Assembly (NCBI GenBank): GCA_964007735.1
Contig: CAXGAI010000010.1
Span: 1-64,000 of the forward strand
DNA from: an uncultured Rhodopirellula sp.
GTDB taxonomy: Bacteria > Planctomycetota > Planctomycetia > Pirellulales > Pirellulaceae
Length of the DNA stretch: 64,000 bases
Direction: 5' to 3'
Below are positions 29,103 through 37,885 of this stretch, in pieces; the first letter of the stretch is position 1; each line of letters begins with the position of its first letter. The notes under the pieces are model-generated. The model was not told where the DNA came from, did no database searches, and saw nothing but the letters and a program-made list of their open reading frames with translations. Position numbers and translations under genes: made by a program.

Positions 29103-29918
29103 CTAACGCATCTTCGTGGGCATATCATCCAGTCTAGGTTTCTTATGGTCATACTCTTCAACATTTGAGACGTCGATATTGGCGTCAAAAGCTTGACCCG
29201 CTGTCACCCAAATATCTCCACCGACATTATCCTGAATCGCATCCACCCCGTGGTGACGGACTAGTTCGAGAATCGATAGAAACATTCCAATGATGGCAGT
29301 CTTATGCATTCCCATCTGGAAGAACTGTGACAAGGCCACTCGGCCTTCCTTTACAATCCGCCTGTGAATTTGACGCATATAGACGTGAATCGGGGTATCA
29401 TCAAAAATCACCGTTTCCTGAGGAACAACCTGAATATCTTTTAGAATTCGCCCCATAGCGCTTACCAAGTCCCAAAGTTCAACATCCTGAATCGGCTGTT
29501 CGGCGACATTCACTTTCCGAGGTGGTAAGTCATTCGACTGACGAACATGACGTTGTCCCCAGCCACGTGCACGATTTTCAAGCATCATCGCGGCATCACG
29601 GTACTGCTTGTATTCCAACAAACGTTGAACTAACTCATCCCTGGGATCTTCAATCTCTTCGCCGACCTCTTCAAGACGAGGCAGCACCAATCTAGATTTG
29701 ATCTCTGTCAACGTACTGGCGAGATCAAGAAAATCACCTACTTCATCAATCTTGAGTTGCTCAATGATCTCAAGGAATTCAAGATACTGCTCCAACACTT
29801 CGGCGATGGGTACATCGGTAACATCTACTTCATGCTTGCGTACCAAATACAACAATAAATCCAGCGGACCCTTAAATACATTTAGTTCCACTCGAAAATC
29901 TTCAGCTATCTGAGGCAC
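29103..29918 (-). CDS. scpA: Segregation/condensation protein A (kleisin)
   Basis: FKGPLDLLLYLV, EIKSRLVLP, LVQRLLEYKQY, FLSILEL. Confidence 0.95.
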   Translation of the reverse strand: MPQIAEDFRVELNVFKGPLDLLLYLVRKHEVDVTDVPIAEVLEQYLEFLEIIEQLKIDEVGDFLDLASTLTEIKSRLVLPRLEEVGEEIEDPRDELVQRLLEYKQYRDAAMMLENRARGWGQRHVRQSNDLPPRKVNVAEQPIQDVELWDLVSAMGRILKDIQVVPQETVIFDDTPIHVYMRQIHRRIVKEGRVALSQFFQMGMHKTAIIGMFLSILELVRHHGVDAIQDNVGGDIWVTAGQAFDANIDVSNVEEYDHKKPRLDDMPTKMR

Positions 29919-30308
29919 GATCTAACTCTCTATTGACCATAGAACAACACTAATGCCACACTTCGACGGAGCATCGTAATGTGTAACCCTCTGAGACTTC
30001 TAGACCAATTACCTTTTCTATTATGTTAGAAAAAGACCAATCCATATTGATTTGTATTATTGATAGGCGTATTGTGCACGTACGAGCATCGGATTATAGC
30101 TTACTTTGACCCTGCCTTCCTAACTTAGATGCTCTCCCACCCGATAGTCCCCCCCCCTTTCGCCACACGAAAAAGCCTATCACCCACAGCGTGGGTTAAA
30201 GGCCACTTTGACTTAAATATTCAAAAAAACAATCTCCGCTTAGATTTGGTTAAAGCCTAACCTTGGGTGGAGACGTTCAAACTTTCTATTTAACGTAGTT
30301 GAGGATGT

Positions 30309-30944
30309 GTGATGATTGAAATCAAACATGCAACAACACAAGATGTCTTATATCGAGTTGAAGAACGCTCATTACGGGACGCTCACCTTGATAATGCCAA
30401 AATTGCCGGTGCAGATCTCTCCAGCCTAGATCTGCGGGGAGTTACATTCCGCAACGCGGATTTGCGTGAAGTCAACTTTAGCAGAGCGAATCTTCAGGGA
30501 GCGATTCTGATTAATGCTAATCTAAGCCGAGCCAACCTGGAATTCGCCAACTTACAGCAAGTTGACATGACCAATGCTTTTTTAGATGACGCTTGTTTTG
30601 CTGAAGCTGACTTATCACATTCCATTCTGCGATATAGCAAAATGTCCCGAGCAGATTGTAAAGGTGCGATTCTCCAACGAGCCGACATTAGCTTAGCCGA
30701 TTTAAATCAAGTCAATTGCAATGACGCCAACATGGCACATTGCGATCTACGAGGTACTAATCTGGCTGGTGCCAATCTGAATGGGGCAAATCTGACAGGA
30801 GCAAATATGCTGGATGCCAAGATGGTCGATGTACAAATGACTGGAGTCCATATGGAAAATGCAATCGGTCCCCATGGACAGGTCGTACCCCTACATCGAA
30901 CCGAAACTAAGCATTTGCGGTGGTGGGAATTCTGGAAACGTTAA
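30309..30944 (+). CDS. Pentapeptide repeat protein
   Basis: Tandem A(D/N)LxG-type pentapeptides; C-terminal RWWEFWKR; GAGGA upstream. Confidence 0.93.
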   Translation: MMIEIKHATTQDVLYRVEERSLRDAHLDNAKIAGADLSSLDLRGVTFRNADLREVNFSRANLQGAILINANLSRANLEFANLQQVDMTNAFLDDACFAEADLSHSILRYSKMSRADCKGAILQRADISLADLNQVNCNDANMAHCDLRGTNLAGANLNGANLTGANMLDAKMVDVQMTGVHMENAIGPHGQVVPLHRTETKHLRWWEFWKR

Positions 30945-32230
30945 GTAGATAATTCCGGAATAACATAAGGCCCTCGAGGAATCACCGCGATCGATGTATC
31001 TTCACCATGTTTTGCGACTGCTTCCTGCACGGCCAATTCAACACTCTCCGCTGAGTCTACATAAAGCTTGTTGATCGTCTCAGCCGACAAACCATCTGTG
31101 ACCACTTTCACTTCTGCTTTTCGCAAGACCTTGGCAAGCATCTCCAATTGCCATTGATCCATCACAAAATATTCCGGAGACATGATTTCCACCATAAAGT
31201 CTTCGATATCCGGATGACGATCGAACAAACTAGTGAATTCAGGACTGCCAATCCCCTCGCTCATTGAGGCAGCCACAATGATGGTACCTCCAGATTTCAC
31301 AATGGGAACAGCTGCCATCATTCCTTTCACGCTTTGGTAGAAAGTGGTATCCAGCGGATAACCGGCTGAAGAAGTAATCACAATGTCATACTCTTGCTCG
31401 ACGCGATCAACAACAATGTCACGACAGAAATCTGCGCCTTCCTGAAATGCACTCAACTGATCACCAGCAACAAATTTTAATGGACGGCGGTGCGCATCGA
31501 TAACGACGTTCACAATGAAGTCACAGCCCGCACGATTGGCAATCCAGGTATTCTCACTGTGCACAGGATTTCCTTTTAGCTGACCGGTGGCCGCCTGAGG
31601 GTGCTCTAAGAAACGGGGGCTATGCCACGCACGAATCGTTTCAAGCCCTGCAATGCCTGGACAAATTAATTTACGACCTCCTGAGAAACCTGCCATAAAG
31701 TGAGGTTCAATTAGCCCCACGGTAATTTTAAGGTCCGCTTCCATATAGTGAGTATTAATCCACATTGGAATACCACGCGGCGACTTGCCAAGAAAGACCA
31801 GTTGGTTTCGGTCCTGTGCATCGTGATTAATAATGGTGTACTTGGCAGCTATATCAGCACCTACCATCTCCACAATCTCTGCCGGATGACTGGGGCGATG
31901 AAGGCCGGTAGCGATAAGAATCTTAACATTCCCCGGAGTGATCCCGCCGGCATGCAAGGTCTCAAGCAAAGGTTCGAGTATGAGTTGATTAGGTACCGGT
32001 CGCGTAATATCACAAATGACAATACAGGCACTAGAACGCCCCTGAATGATTTCACTCAGGGGCGGTGTATCTGTTGGACTGTCAAAAACCTCTTGAAGAG
32101 CAGCGCGATCCGATTGATTTGGCTGATCTGCAACGGGAGTAGCTACTTTATAAGATAACGTCCTGATATTTAAGTGATCAGGCAGAGTAACATCGAGACC
32201 CTGCTTACCGTAATCAAGACGAATATCCAT
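30941..32230 (-). CDS. larA: Nickel-pincer-dependent lactate racemase family protein
   Basis: DITRP, ATGLHR, EPHFMAGFSGGRK, QSVKG motifs. Substrate cannot be assigned from sequence. Confidence 0.88.
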   Translation of the reverse strand: MDIRLDYGKQGLDVTLPDHLNIRTLSYKVATPVADQPNQSDRAALQEVFDSPTDTPPLSEIIQGRSSACIVICDITRPVPNQLILEPLLETLHAGGITPGNVKILIATGLHRPSHPAEIVEMVGADIAAKYTIINHDAQDRNQLVFLGKSPRGIPMWINTHYMEADLKITVGLIEPHFMAGFSGGRKLICPGIAGLETIRAWHSPRFLEHPQAATGQLKGNPVHSENTWIANRAGCDFIVNVVIDAHRRPLKFVAGDQLSAFQEGADFCRDIVVDRVEQEYDIVITSSAGYPLDTTFYQSVKGMMAAVPIVKSGGTIIVAASMSEGIGSPEFTSLFDRHPDIEDFMVEIMSPEYFVMDQWQLEMLAKVLRKAEVKVVTDGLSAETINKLYVDSAESVELAVQEAVAKHGEDTSIAVIPRGPYVIPELST

Positions 32231-32241
32231 CAGCCAATGGA

Positions 32242-32475
32242 TTACTCTTCTTCTGGTTCCGTGGTTTCTACCGCAGTTTCTTCCTCGAGACCCTTCTCCT
32301 TCTTCTTACGCCTTAAAGAAACCTTCTCAACCCGTACTTTAGGTAGGCCAAAAGGAGAATCTCCGGTATTCCAACGCTCTTCTTCCGCAAGCTTCTTTAA
32401 TCGCTCAACACGAGTAAGCACATTACGGCTCTCCATAGAACCGCGAGAAATCTTCAAACTTTTATCAATCGTCAT
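32242..32475 (-). CDS. PVC-superphylum small basic protein
   Basis: MTIDKSLK...RNVLTRVERL...W...SPFGLPKVRV, matching the Planctomycetes/Verrucomicrobia/Chlamydiae signature protein. Confidence 0.9.
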   Translation of the reverse strand: MTIDKSLKISRGSMESRNVLTRVERLKKLAEEERWNTGDSPFGLPKVRVEKVSLRRKKKEKGLEEETAVETTEPEEE

Positions 32476-32529
32476 TACTTAAACTCCAAGGTCTCACTGG
32501 AGAGAACTATACCTGTATGCGAGTTTCTA

Positions 32530-32558
32530 AGTATAAAACCGCCCGAAAGGATCATCAA
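32530..32558 (-). promoter_or_regulatory. Sigma70-type promoter of the small basic protein gene
   Basis: Minus strand TTGATG-N17-TATACT, about 55 nt upstream of the ATG. Confidence 0.6.
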
Positions 32559-32644
32559 CCGCTAAAAGAGACGTGACGAGACGATTCTCGGCAGTTTTAT
32601 CTCCCTGCCTTCCAATCAGACCCGCCTGTTGTAAGCTTTTTCTC

Positions 32645-33559
32645 CTAAACCGTGACCGAATCAACGTCCGTGATCATTTGAAGGAATTGATCCGTCGATT
32701 TAGGTCGGTCATTAGGACTCACTGACATACAAGTCATAATTGCTTCTACAAGCTTAGGATGTAATTTCGGCTTATATTCCAGAATAGGAGTGGGCGCGAG
32801 AGTATCGTGACTCAGAGCAGCCAATCCGGATGCATCGTTCGACGGCCAGGGAAGCTCAAAGGTCAATAATTGGTAAAAAGAGACACCCATGGCAAAGATG
32901 TCGACCCGATGATCTGTTTTACGTCTGCGGACAATTTCCGGGGCCATATAAAAAGGCGTTCCGGTACGGTTTCCTGGCTGATGAAAGGAAGGTTCATCGG
33001 GAAGTGAAAGTCCAAAATCGAACAACTTAAGCCCTGTACAATCCGGCGTAGCGATGAAGTTACGAGGGCAGACATCTCTGTGGATAAAGCCCGCTTTATG
33101 AACAGCTCCTAAAGCTTCTGCAAATTGCCTTATCAGGTTTAAACGCTTTCCTTCGAGTATAGAATCCCGATCATAGATCATCGCGTGCAGCCCTGACCCT
33201 TTGAGATATTCCATCACCACATAGTTTTGCTTATTCGACGATATCCCATATTCATATGTTTTCACAACATTAGGATGCTGAACCTTACTAGCGATTAACC
33301 CTTCAGGTGGCTTCTTAAGAGTCTTAAAGCGTTGTTCGAAGAGCCCCGTCTTATCGGGGTCTGCAAGCTTGAGCCCAACGATACGGTCTGTTTCACGGTC
33401 ACGTGCCATAAAGAACTTCGACATGGTGCCCGATACCGCTGTGCGGACAAATTCAAAACGCTTTTCTATATTGACATTTTTCCGAAAGACAACCTTGCGA
33501 TTGCCATCGGATTTTTTTTTACCGCCGAAAAGTGCTTTAACGTTGTCGAACAAATCCAT
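32645..33559 (-). CDS. Stand-alone Hanks-type protein kinase
   Basis: VGLK, HPNVV, HRDVCPRN, DFG, GTPFYMAPE, DIFAMG; no transmembrane or sensor domain. Confidence 0.92.
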   Translation of the reverse strand: MDLFDNVKALFGGKKKSDGNRKVVFRKNVNIEKRFEFVRTAVSGTMSKFFMARDRETDRIVGLKLADPDKTGLFEQRFKTLKKPPEGLIASKVQHPNVVKTYEYGISSNKQNYVVMEYLKGSGLHAMIYDRDSILEGKRLNLIRQFAEALGAVHKAGFIHRDVCPRNFIATPDCTGLKLFDFGLSLPDEPSFHQPGNRTGTPFYMAPEIVRRRKTDHRVDIFAMGVSFYQLLTFELPWPSNDASGLAALSHDTLAPTPILEYKPKLHPKLVEAIMTCMSVSPNDRPKSTDQFLQMITDVDSVTV

Positions 33560-33650
33560 GGATCAATCCCGTTCCTACAGCTAGCCGCTTTGGCCTTCAT
33601 TGAAATAGCTTGATGCGGTTGGCCCATTCCCCTGAGCAAACTTCAGCATA

Positions 33651-34481
33651 TTATTTACCCACGTAGTCGATTGTGCGAGCAATTTCGCTCTTTAATTTTC
33701 CGCGAGAAACGATTCGGTCAACATATCCATGCTCTAAAAGAAATTCACTGGTTTGGAATCCTTCCGGCAATTCGATACGAATAGTCGCTTTAATGGTACG
33801 CGGACCCGCAAAGCCAATTAACGCTTTGGGTTCTGCAAAGCAGACATCACCTAGAGCTGCAAAACTAGCTGCCACACCACCCATTGTTGGATTCGTTAAC
33901 ACGGAGATAAAGAATCCACCCTCCTGATCATAACGAGCCAGTGCAGCAGACACTTTGGCCATCTGCATCAAAGAAAGAATCCCTTCATGCATTCGAGCTC
34001 CACCACCGGAACCACTGATGATAATCAGCGGCAAGTTTTGATCGGTTGCCCGTTCGATAAGCCGTGTTAACCGTTCACCGACAACCGAACCCATACTTCC
34101 CATAATAAAAGCAGAATCTGTGACGCCAATTGCGACACGTCGAGCTCGAATCATTCCGCAACCCGTCAAAGCCGCGTCACTAAGCCCCGTCCGTTTCTGT
34201 TCGGCCACGATACGGTCAGCATATGACTTGCGATCTTTGAATTCCAGAGGATCCGTGGGCATCAGTTCAGCGTCCCACTCTTCAAATGTACCTTCGTCTA
34301 AAACCTGACGAATACGCTCTTGACCTGATACATAGAAGTGATAGCCACATTCAGGACAGATTCCAAGCAATCCATCTGCCGTTTTCTTGTATATAGTCGC
34401 GCGACAATCGGGGCACTTTACCCAAAGTCCCTCAGGTACGCCACGTTTTGTTCGTTTTTCGGTTTCGGTTGAGCTAGCCAT
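33651..34481 (-). CDS. accD: Acetyl-CoA carboxylase carboxyltransferase beta subunit
   Basis: WVKCPDC...CPECGYH zinc finger, [33 protein letters not shown]. Confidence 0.97.
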   Translation of the reverse strand: MASSTETEKRTKRGVPEGLWVKCPDCRATIYKKTADGLLGICPECGYHFYVSGQERIRQVLDEGTFEEWDAELMPTDPLEFKDRKSYADRIVAEQKRTGLSDAALTGCGMIRARRVAIGVTDSAFIMGSMGSVVGERLTRLIERATDQNLPLIIISGSGGGARMHEGILSLMQMAKVSAALARYDQEGGFFISVLTNPTMGGVAASFAALGDVCFAEPKALIGFAGPRTIKATIRIELPEGFQTSEFLLEHGYVDRIVSRGKLKSEIARTIDYVGK

Positions 34482-34672
34482 CTAGTTCTTAACTTTTAGA
34501 CATCTCATTTAATAAATAAGGTGACTATTATTATGGTCTAAACAAAGATAATTTCGACCTCAAAAAGGTAATGAATAATTACCCCTGAAGACAAGATTAA
34601 TGCTGTGTCCTTCCCGTTTTAAGCTGGATTTATTAACTCAGCAACCCAAAACCGGGGTCTTTTCTTTCTGAG

Positions 34673-35368
34673 TCAGGCTATTGCAGCTGCGGTTAAGTCT
34701 GTTACCGCCTGTTGATAGCATTCCTGTTTGAAGATGGAAGAACCAGCAACAAACCATGTAGCACCAGCTGCATAGCAGGCTCCAATCGTCTCTACATTAA
34801 TCCCGCCATCAACTTCGAGCACGAAGTGCAATTGCCGTCGTTCTCGAATTTCAACAAGCTGTTTAACTTTTTCAATCGCCACAGGATTGAATTTCTGGCC
34901 ACCAAACCCTGCATTGACACTCATACATAGAACGAGGTCACAAAGTTCTAGGCAGGGAAGAATTGCATCAAGTTCTGTGTCCGGATTAAGAGCCACCCCA
35001 CTAGCAATACCTAAATCACGGATTTGTTTCAACGTCGCGGAGAGATCTGAGCAGGCTTCCACATGGACCGTAATCAAATTCGCTCCGGCTGCTCCAAATT
35101 GTTCCAGATATCGCGAAGGCTCCTGAATCATTAAATGGACATCAAGCGGCAGTTCTGTATGTCGAGCCAAGCCTTCCACGATGGGCATGCCATAAGTCAT
35201 GTTAGGTACAAATAGTCCATCCATGACATCCAAATGCAATGCCTGAATCCCTGCCTTTCCAAGAAGTTCCACCTCACTTCGCAAGTCACCAAAGTCACAC
35301 AGTAAAAGTGATGGCAGAACAAGCGGGGATACGGATTGCAGTTGTAGTATTTTTTCTCGTGCGTTCAT
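34673..35368 (-). CDS. rpe: Ribulose-phosphate 3-epimerase
   Basis: HLDVMDGLFVPN, DVHLMI, MSVNAGFGGQ, VDGGI, VAGS. Confidence 0.96.
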   Translation of the reverse strand: MNAREKILQLQSVSPLVLPSLLLCDFGDLRSEVELLGKAGIQALHLDVMDGLFVPNMTYGMPIVEGLARHTELPLDVHLMIQEPSRYLEQFGAAGANLITVHVEACSDLSATLKQIRDLGIASGVALNPDTELDAILPCLELCDLVLCMSVNAGFGGQKFNPVAIEKVKQLVEIRERRQLHFVLEVDGGINVETIGACYAAGATWFVAGSSIFKQECYQQAVTDLTAAAIA

Positions 35369-35411
35369 AACACTCCGAAGCAGGATTCATATTTAGTTGA
35401 AAGAACTTAGC

Positions 35412-36221
35412 TTACCATTGATGATCCAGGATCATCGCCTGAGGAAGATCTTCAATATTGTCCAAGCCGAATACTTTGAGAAAGCGTTCGGTTGTAAAAT
35501 AAATCGTTTTACGAGGTTTGTCCTCTGTCCGCTCGAGACGAAGCATCTGGCGTCGCACAAGCTGCGAAAGCACCGATCCACTAGCCTGGTCTCTCATCGC
35601 ATCGATTGCCTGCCGACTGATACCCTGATTGTACGCCACGACGGCAAGAACATCGATTGCTACCTGAGACAATTTTGTTTCACGTACACGGCCATAAAAT
35701 CGCTCACGCATCTGTTCGTGTTCATGACGCAACCCCATGACATACCCAGCATTTTCTCGACAAATCTCAAATACGGAACCTACTTCGGTATATGCACAAT
35801 TCAGTTCTGTCACTAATTCGTCGATTTCCTGAGACGAAACTCCCCGCATCAGTGAGGCAACCTTAGCAGCCTCCAATGGTTGGCCTGTGGGGTCTCCAAC
35901 AAAAAGCATCGCTTCCAAAATAGAACGAGGTGATAGCTCTGCCTCTTCTTCTTCCGTAATGGCCACAGAAACAGGTTGCGTCGATGGGGGATCGTTTTCC
36001 GCTTCCTCGATTGGAACGACGGACTCTTCTGTTTCCGCTGACTGATAGGGATCTTCACCGGAGTTTATTAACTCAGCGTAAGCTCCACTCAAATCAGCGA
36101 GTGACGTTCCCTCGTCTTCATCCGGACGATAGAACTCACTTAACCCCATCTGCGTAGGATCTATAGGAACCGCTCTGCGACGATGAGCCGGCTGCTCGGA
36201 TTGTGATCGCTCGTCTGACAT
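35412..36221 (-). CDS. scpB: SMC-Scp complex subunit ScpB with an acidic N-terminal extension
   Basis: LEAMLF, LSQVAIDVLAVVAYNQ, IDAMR, TTERFLKVFGL...DLP. Confidence 0.93.
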   Translation of the reverse strand: MSDERSQSEQPAHRRRAVPIDPTQMGLSEFYRPDEDEGTSLADLSGAYAELINSGEDPYQSAETEESVVPIEEAENDPPSTQPVSVAITEEEEAELSPRSILEAMLFVGDPTGQPLEAAKVASLMRGVSSQEIDELVTELNCAYTEVGSVFEICRENAGYVMGLRHEHEQMRERFYGRVRETKLSQVAIDVLAVVAYNQGISRQAIDAMRDQASGSVLSQLVRRQMLRLERTEDKPRKTIYFTTERFLKVFGLDNIEDLPQAMILDHQW

Positions 36222-36228
36222 GGCCGTA

Positions 36229-36258
36229 ACTATACGAAGAATTGCCAGATTGAGTCAA
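36229..36258 (-). promoter_or_regulatory. Sigma70-type promoter of scpB, probably giving a leaderless transcript
   Basis: Minus strand TTGACT-N18-TATAGT, followed by only 7 nt before the ATG at 36221. Confidence 0.55.
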
Positions 36259-36316
36259 TTTGTCTCTTAGTTAACCACTAAAAAATCTGGCTCAGAAACC
36301 GATGAATTTAGACTAA

Positions 36317-37168
36317 TCAACCCCAGCGTTGGTCCACTTGCTCTTTCATAAACTCCAAAGCATCACTTGCGAGCTGCTCTTCACTTTCATACATTCGTCG
36401 CCATATTTTTGTGGCAGCGACAAGTTCGGGAAGCGCCAAACCGAACGCTTCCACAACCATCCAGCCATCATAACCAACTTCTTTCAATGTGTTGAAATTC
36501 GTATCCCAGTCCACATTTCCACTACCGGGTGTAGAACGATCATTTTCGGAAATATGTACCAGTGCACAAACATCGTGACAATCACGAATAGCCTGAGCAA
36601 TATCTTTCTCTTCGATGTTGGCATGGAACGTATCGTACATCATACGAGCATTCGGATGATCCACTTCACGAACAAACCGAGCGGAATCTGCATGGGTATT
36701 CAATAAGTACGTTTCAAAACGGTTGAGCGCTTCGACTCCCAATGTAATACCGACCGTCTCAGCATGCTCAGCGACCTGACGCATACTATCTACACCCCAT
36801 TTCCATTCCTCTTCGGTTGGTCCCTGACCGGAGAATACACCCAATGCCGAGTGATAAGGTCCAACAAGTCGAACGGCACCTGCGGCGGCGGCATTATCAA
36901 GAGCGCGTTTATTGTTCTCAACGCCCAACGCACGAACAGCAGGATCTACACTGATGGGATTATCTTCTTCCCCCCGTACTGTGACCGCCGTACACTCGAG
37001 TCCCATTTCCTGAAGCCGAGCGCCCCATTGAGTGTAGAGGTCAATATTGTCTTCGAATACCGGAATCTCGACTCCGTCGTATCCCATCTCTTTGAGCGAA
37101 GCGACAACCGGAATCATGTCATCATTCATAGCTCCGGTCCACAACAGTAAGTTCATTCCAAATTTCAT
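36317..37168 (-). CDS. Sugar epimerase/isomerase, D-tagatose/D-psicose 3-epimerase family
   Basis: EALNRFE, DTFHANIEE, HISENDR and EAF metal/catalytic motifs. Confidence 0.85.
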   Translation of the reverse strand: MKFGMNLLLWTGAMNDDMIPVVASLKEMGYDGVEIPVFEDNIDLYTQWGARLQEMGLECTAVTVRGEEDNPISVDPAVRALGVENNKRALDNAAAAGAVRLVGPYHSALGVFSGQGPTEEEWKWGVDSMRQVAEHAETVGITLGVEALNRFETYLLNTHADSARFVREVDHPNARMMYDTFHANIEEKDIAQAIRDCHDVCALVHISENDRSTPGSGNVDWDTNFNTLKEVGYDGWMVVEAFGLALPELVAATKIWRRMYESEEQLASDALEFMKEQVDQRWG

Positions 37169-37208
37169 GGTTTTATTTCCTCTACAGTCACTTATCGAAT
37201 TTTTTCGG

Positions 37209-37868
37209 TCAGTTGGTTTCCACTTCGGCTGTCAATAGCTCTTCGTGGCATTCATATACACGCCGTCGAATAGACGGAATTAGTTCAGTTATCGAGTCGC
37301 CAAACAATGGTAGACCAACTCGCTTCATCACCTGATTTAACCGATACGCTAAGCGCTGGTCATCCAGATAGTCATACAGAAATCGTTCACGACAGAACAC
37401 TTCAAAAAATCTGACAAACTGATCGGTCTGACATGCTGATGCCATATTGATCACCTGCTGGATTTTTTTTGCATCAACTTGCTCGAGTACCTCGTAGTAT
37501 CGGTCAAGTAGCCGGGGACGCATTTCTGCAAGTCGAGCGTCAATTAACAGCTCGATAATAATGTGCCCCAAAAAATGAGGCCGCAACGAATGGTCGTCCG
37601 GATCTGCGTCTCTCATTGCCTGAGAAAACTCAAGATTCAATCGATTGAAAACTTTCGTTGCATGAAACCAACGGTCGTCATCCAGATGTTGCTGAATCCC
37701 TGCCGCAATCTCGGCAACGTCTAAATCTGAACTTACTAACAACGGTTTCAGGTTACGCGAGCGAACTCGCACTTTTCTATTTACCACACTCAACATGTCA
37801 GGCACTCCCGTGCCCGACATGAAAAGAGGCTGATCTAGATATAAGTAGGCATGAGCTAGGTAATTCAT
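37209..37868 (-). CDS. AcpH (ACP phosphodiesterase)-like metal-dependent hydrolase, hypothetical
   Basis: MNYLAH N-terminus, GIQQHLDDDRWFH, GHIIIELLID. Start moved to ATG 37868. Confidence 0.55.
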   Translation of the reverse strand: MNYLAHAYLYLDQPLFMSGTGVPDMLSVVNRKVRVRSRNLKPLLVSSDLDVAEIAAGIQQHLDDDRWFHATKVFNRLNLEFSQAMRDADPDDHSLRPHFLGHIIIELLIDARLAEMRPRLLDRYYEVLEQVDAKKIQQVINMASACQTDQFVRFFEVFCRERFLYDYLDDQRLAYRLNQVMKRVGLPLFGDSITELIPSIRRRVYECHEELLTAEVETN

Positions 37869-37885
37869 GCGGGAACACGCTATGC

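Noticed and set aside
30149..30157. C9 homopolymer as a phase-variation switch
   Set aside because: It is intergenic, not clearly within a promoter spacer, and one short tract is weak evidence without read-level length variation.
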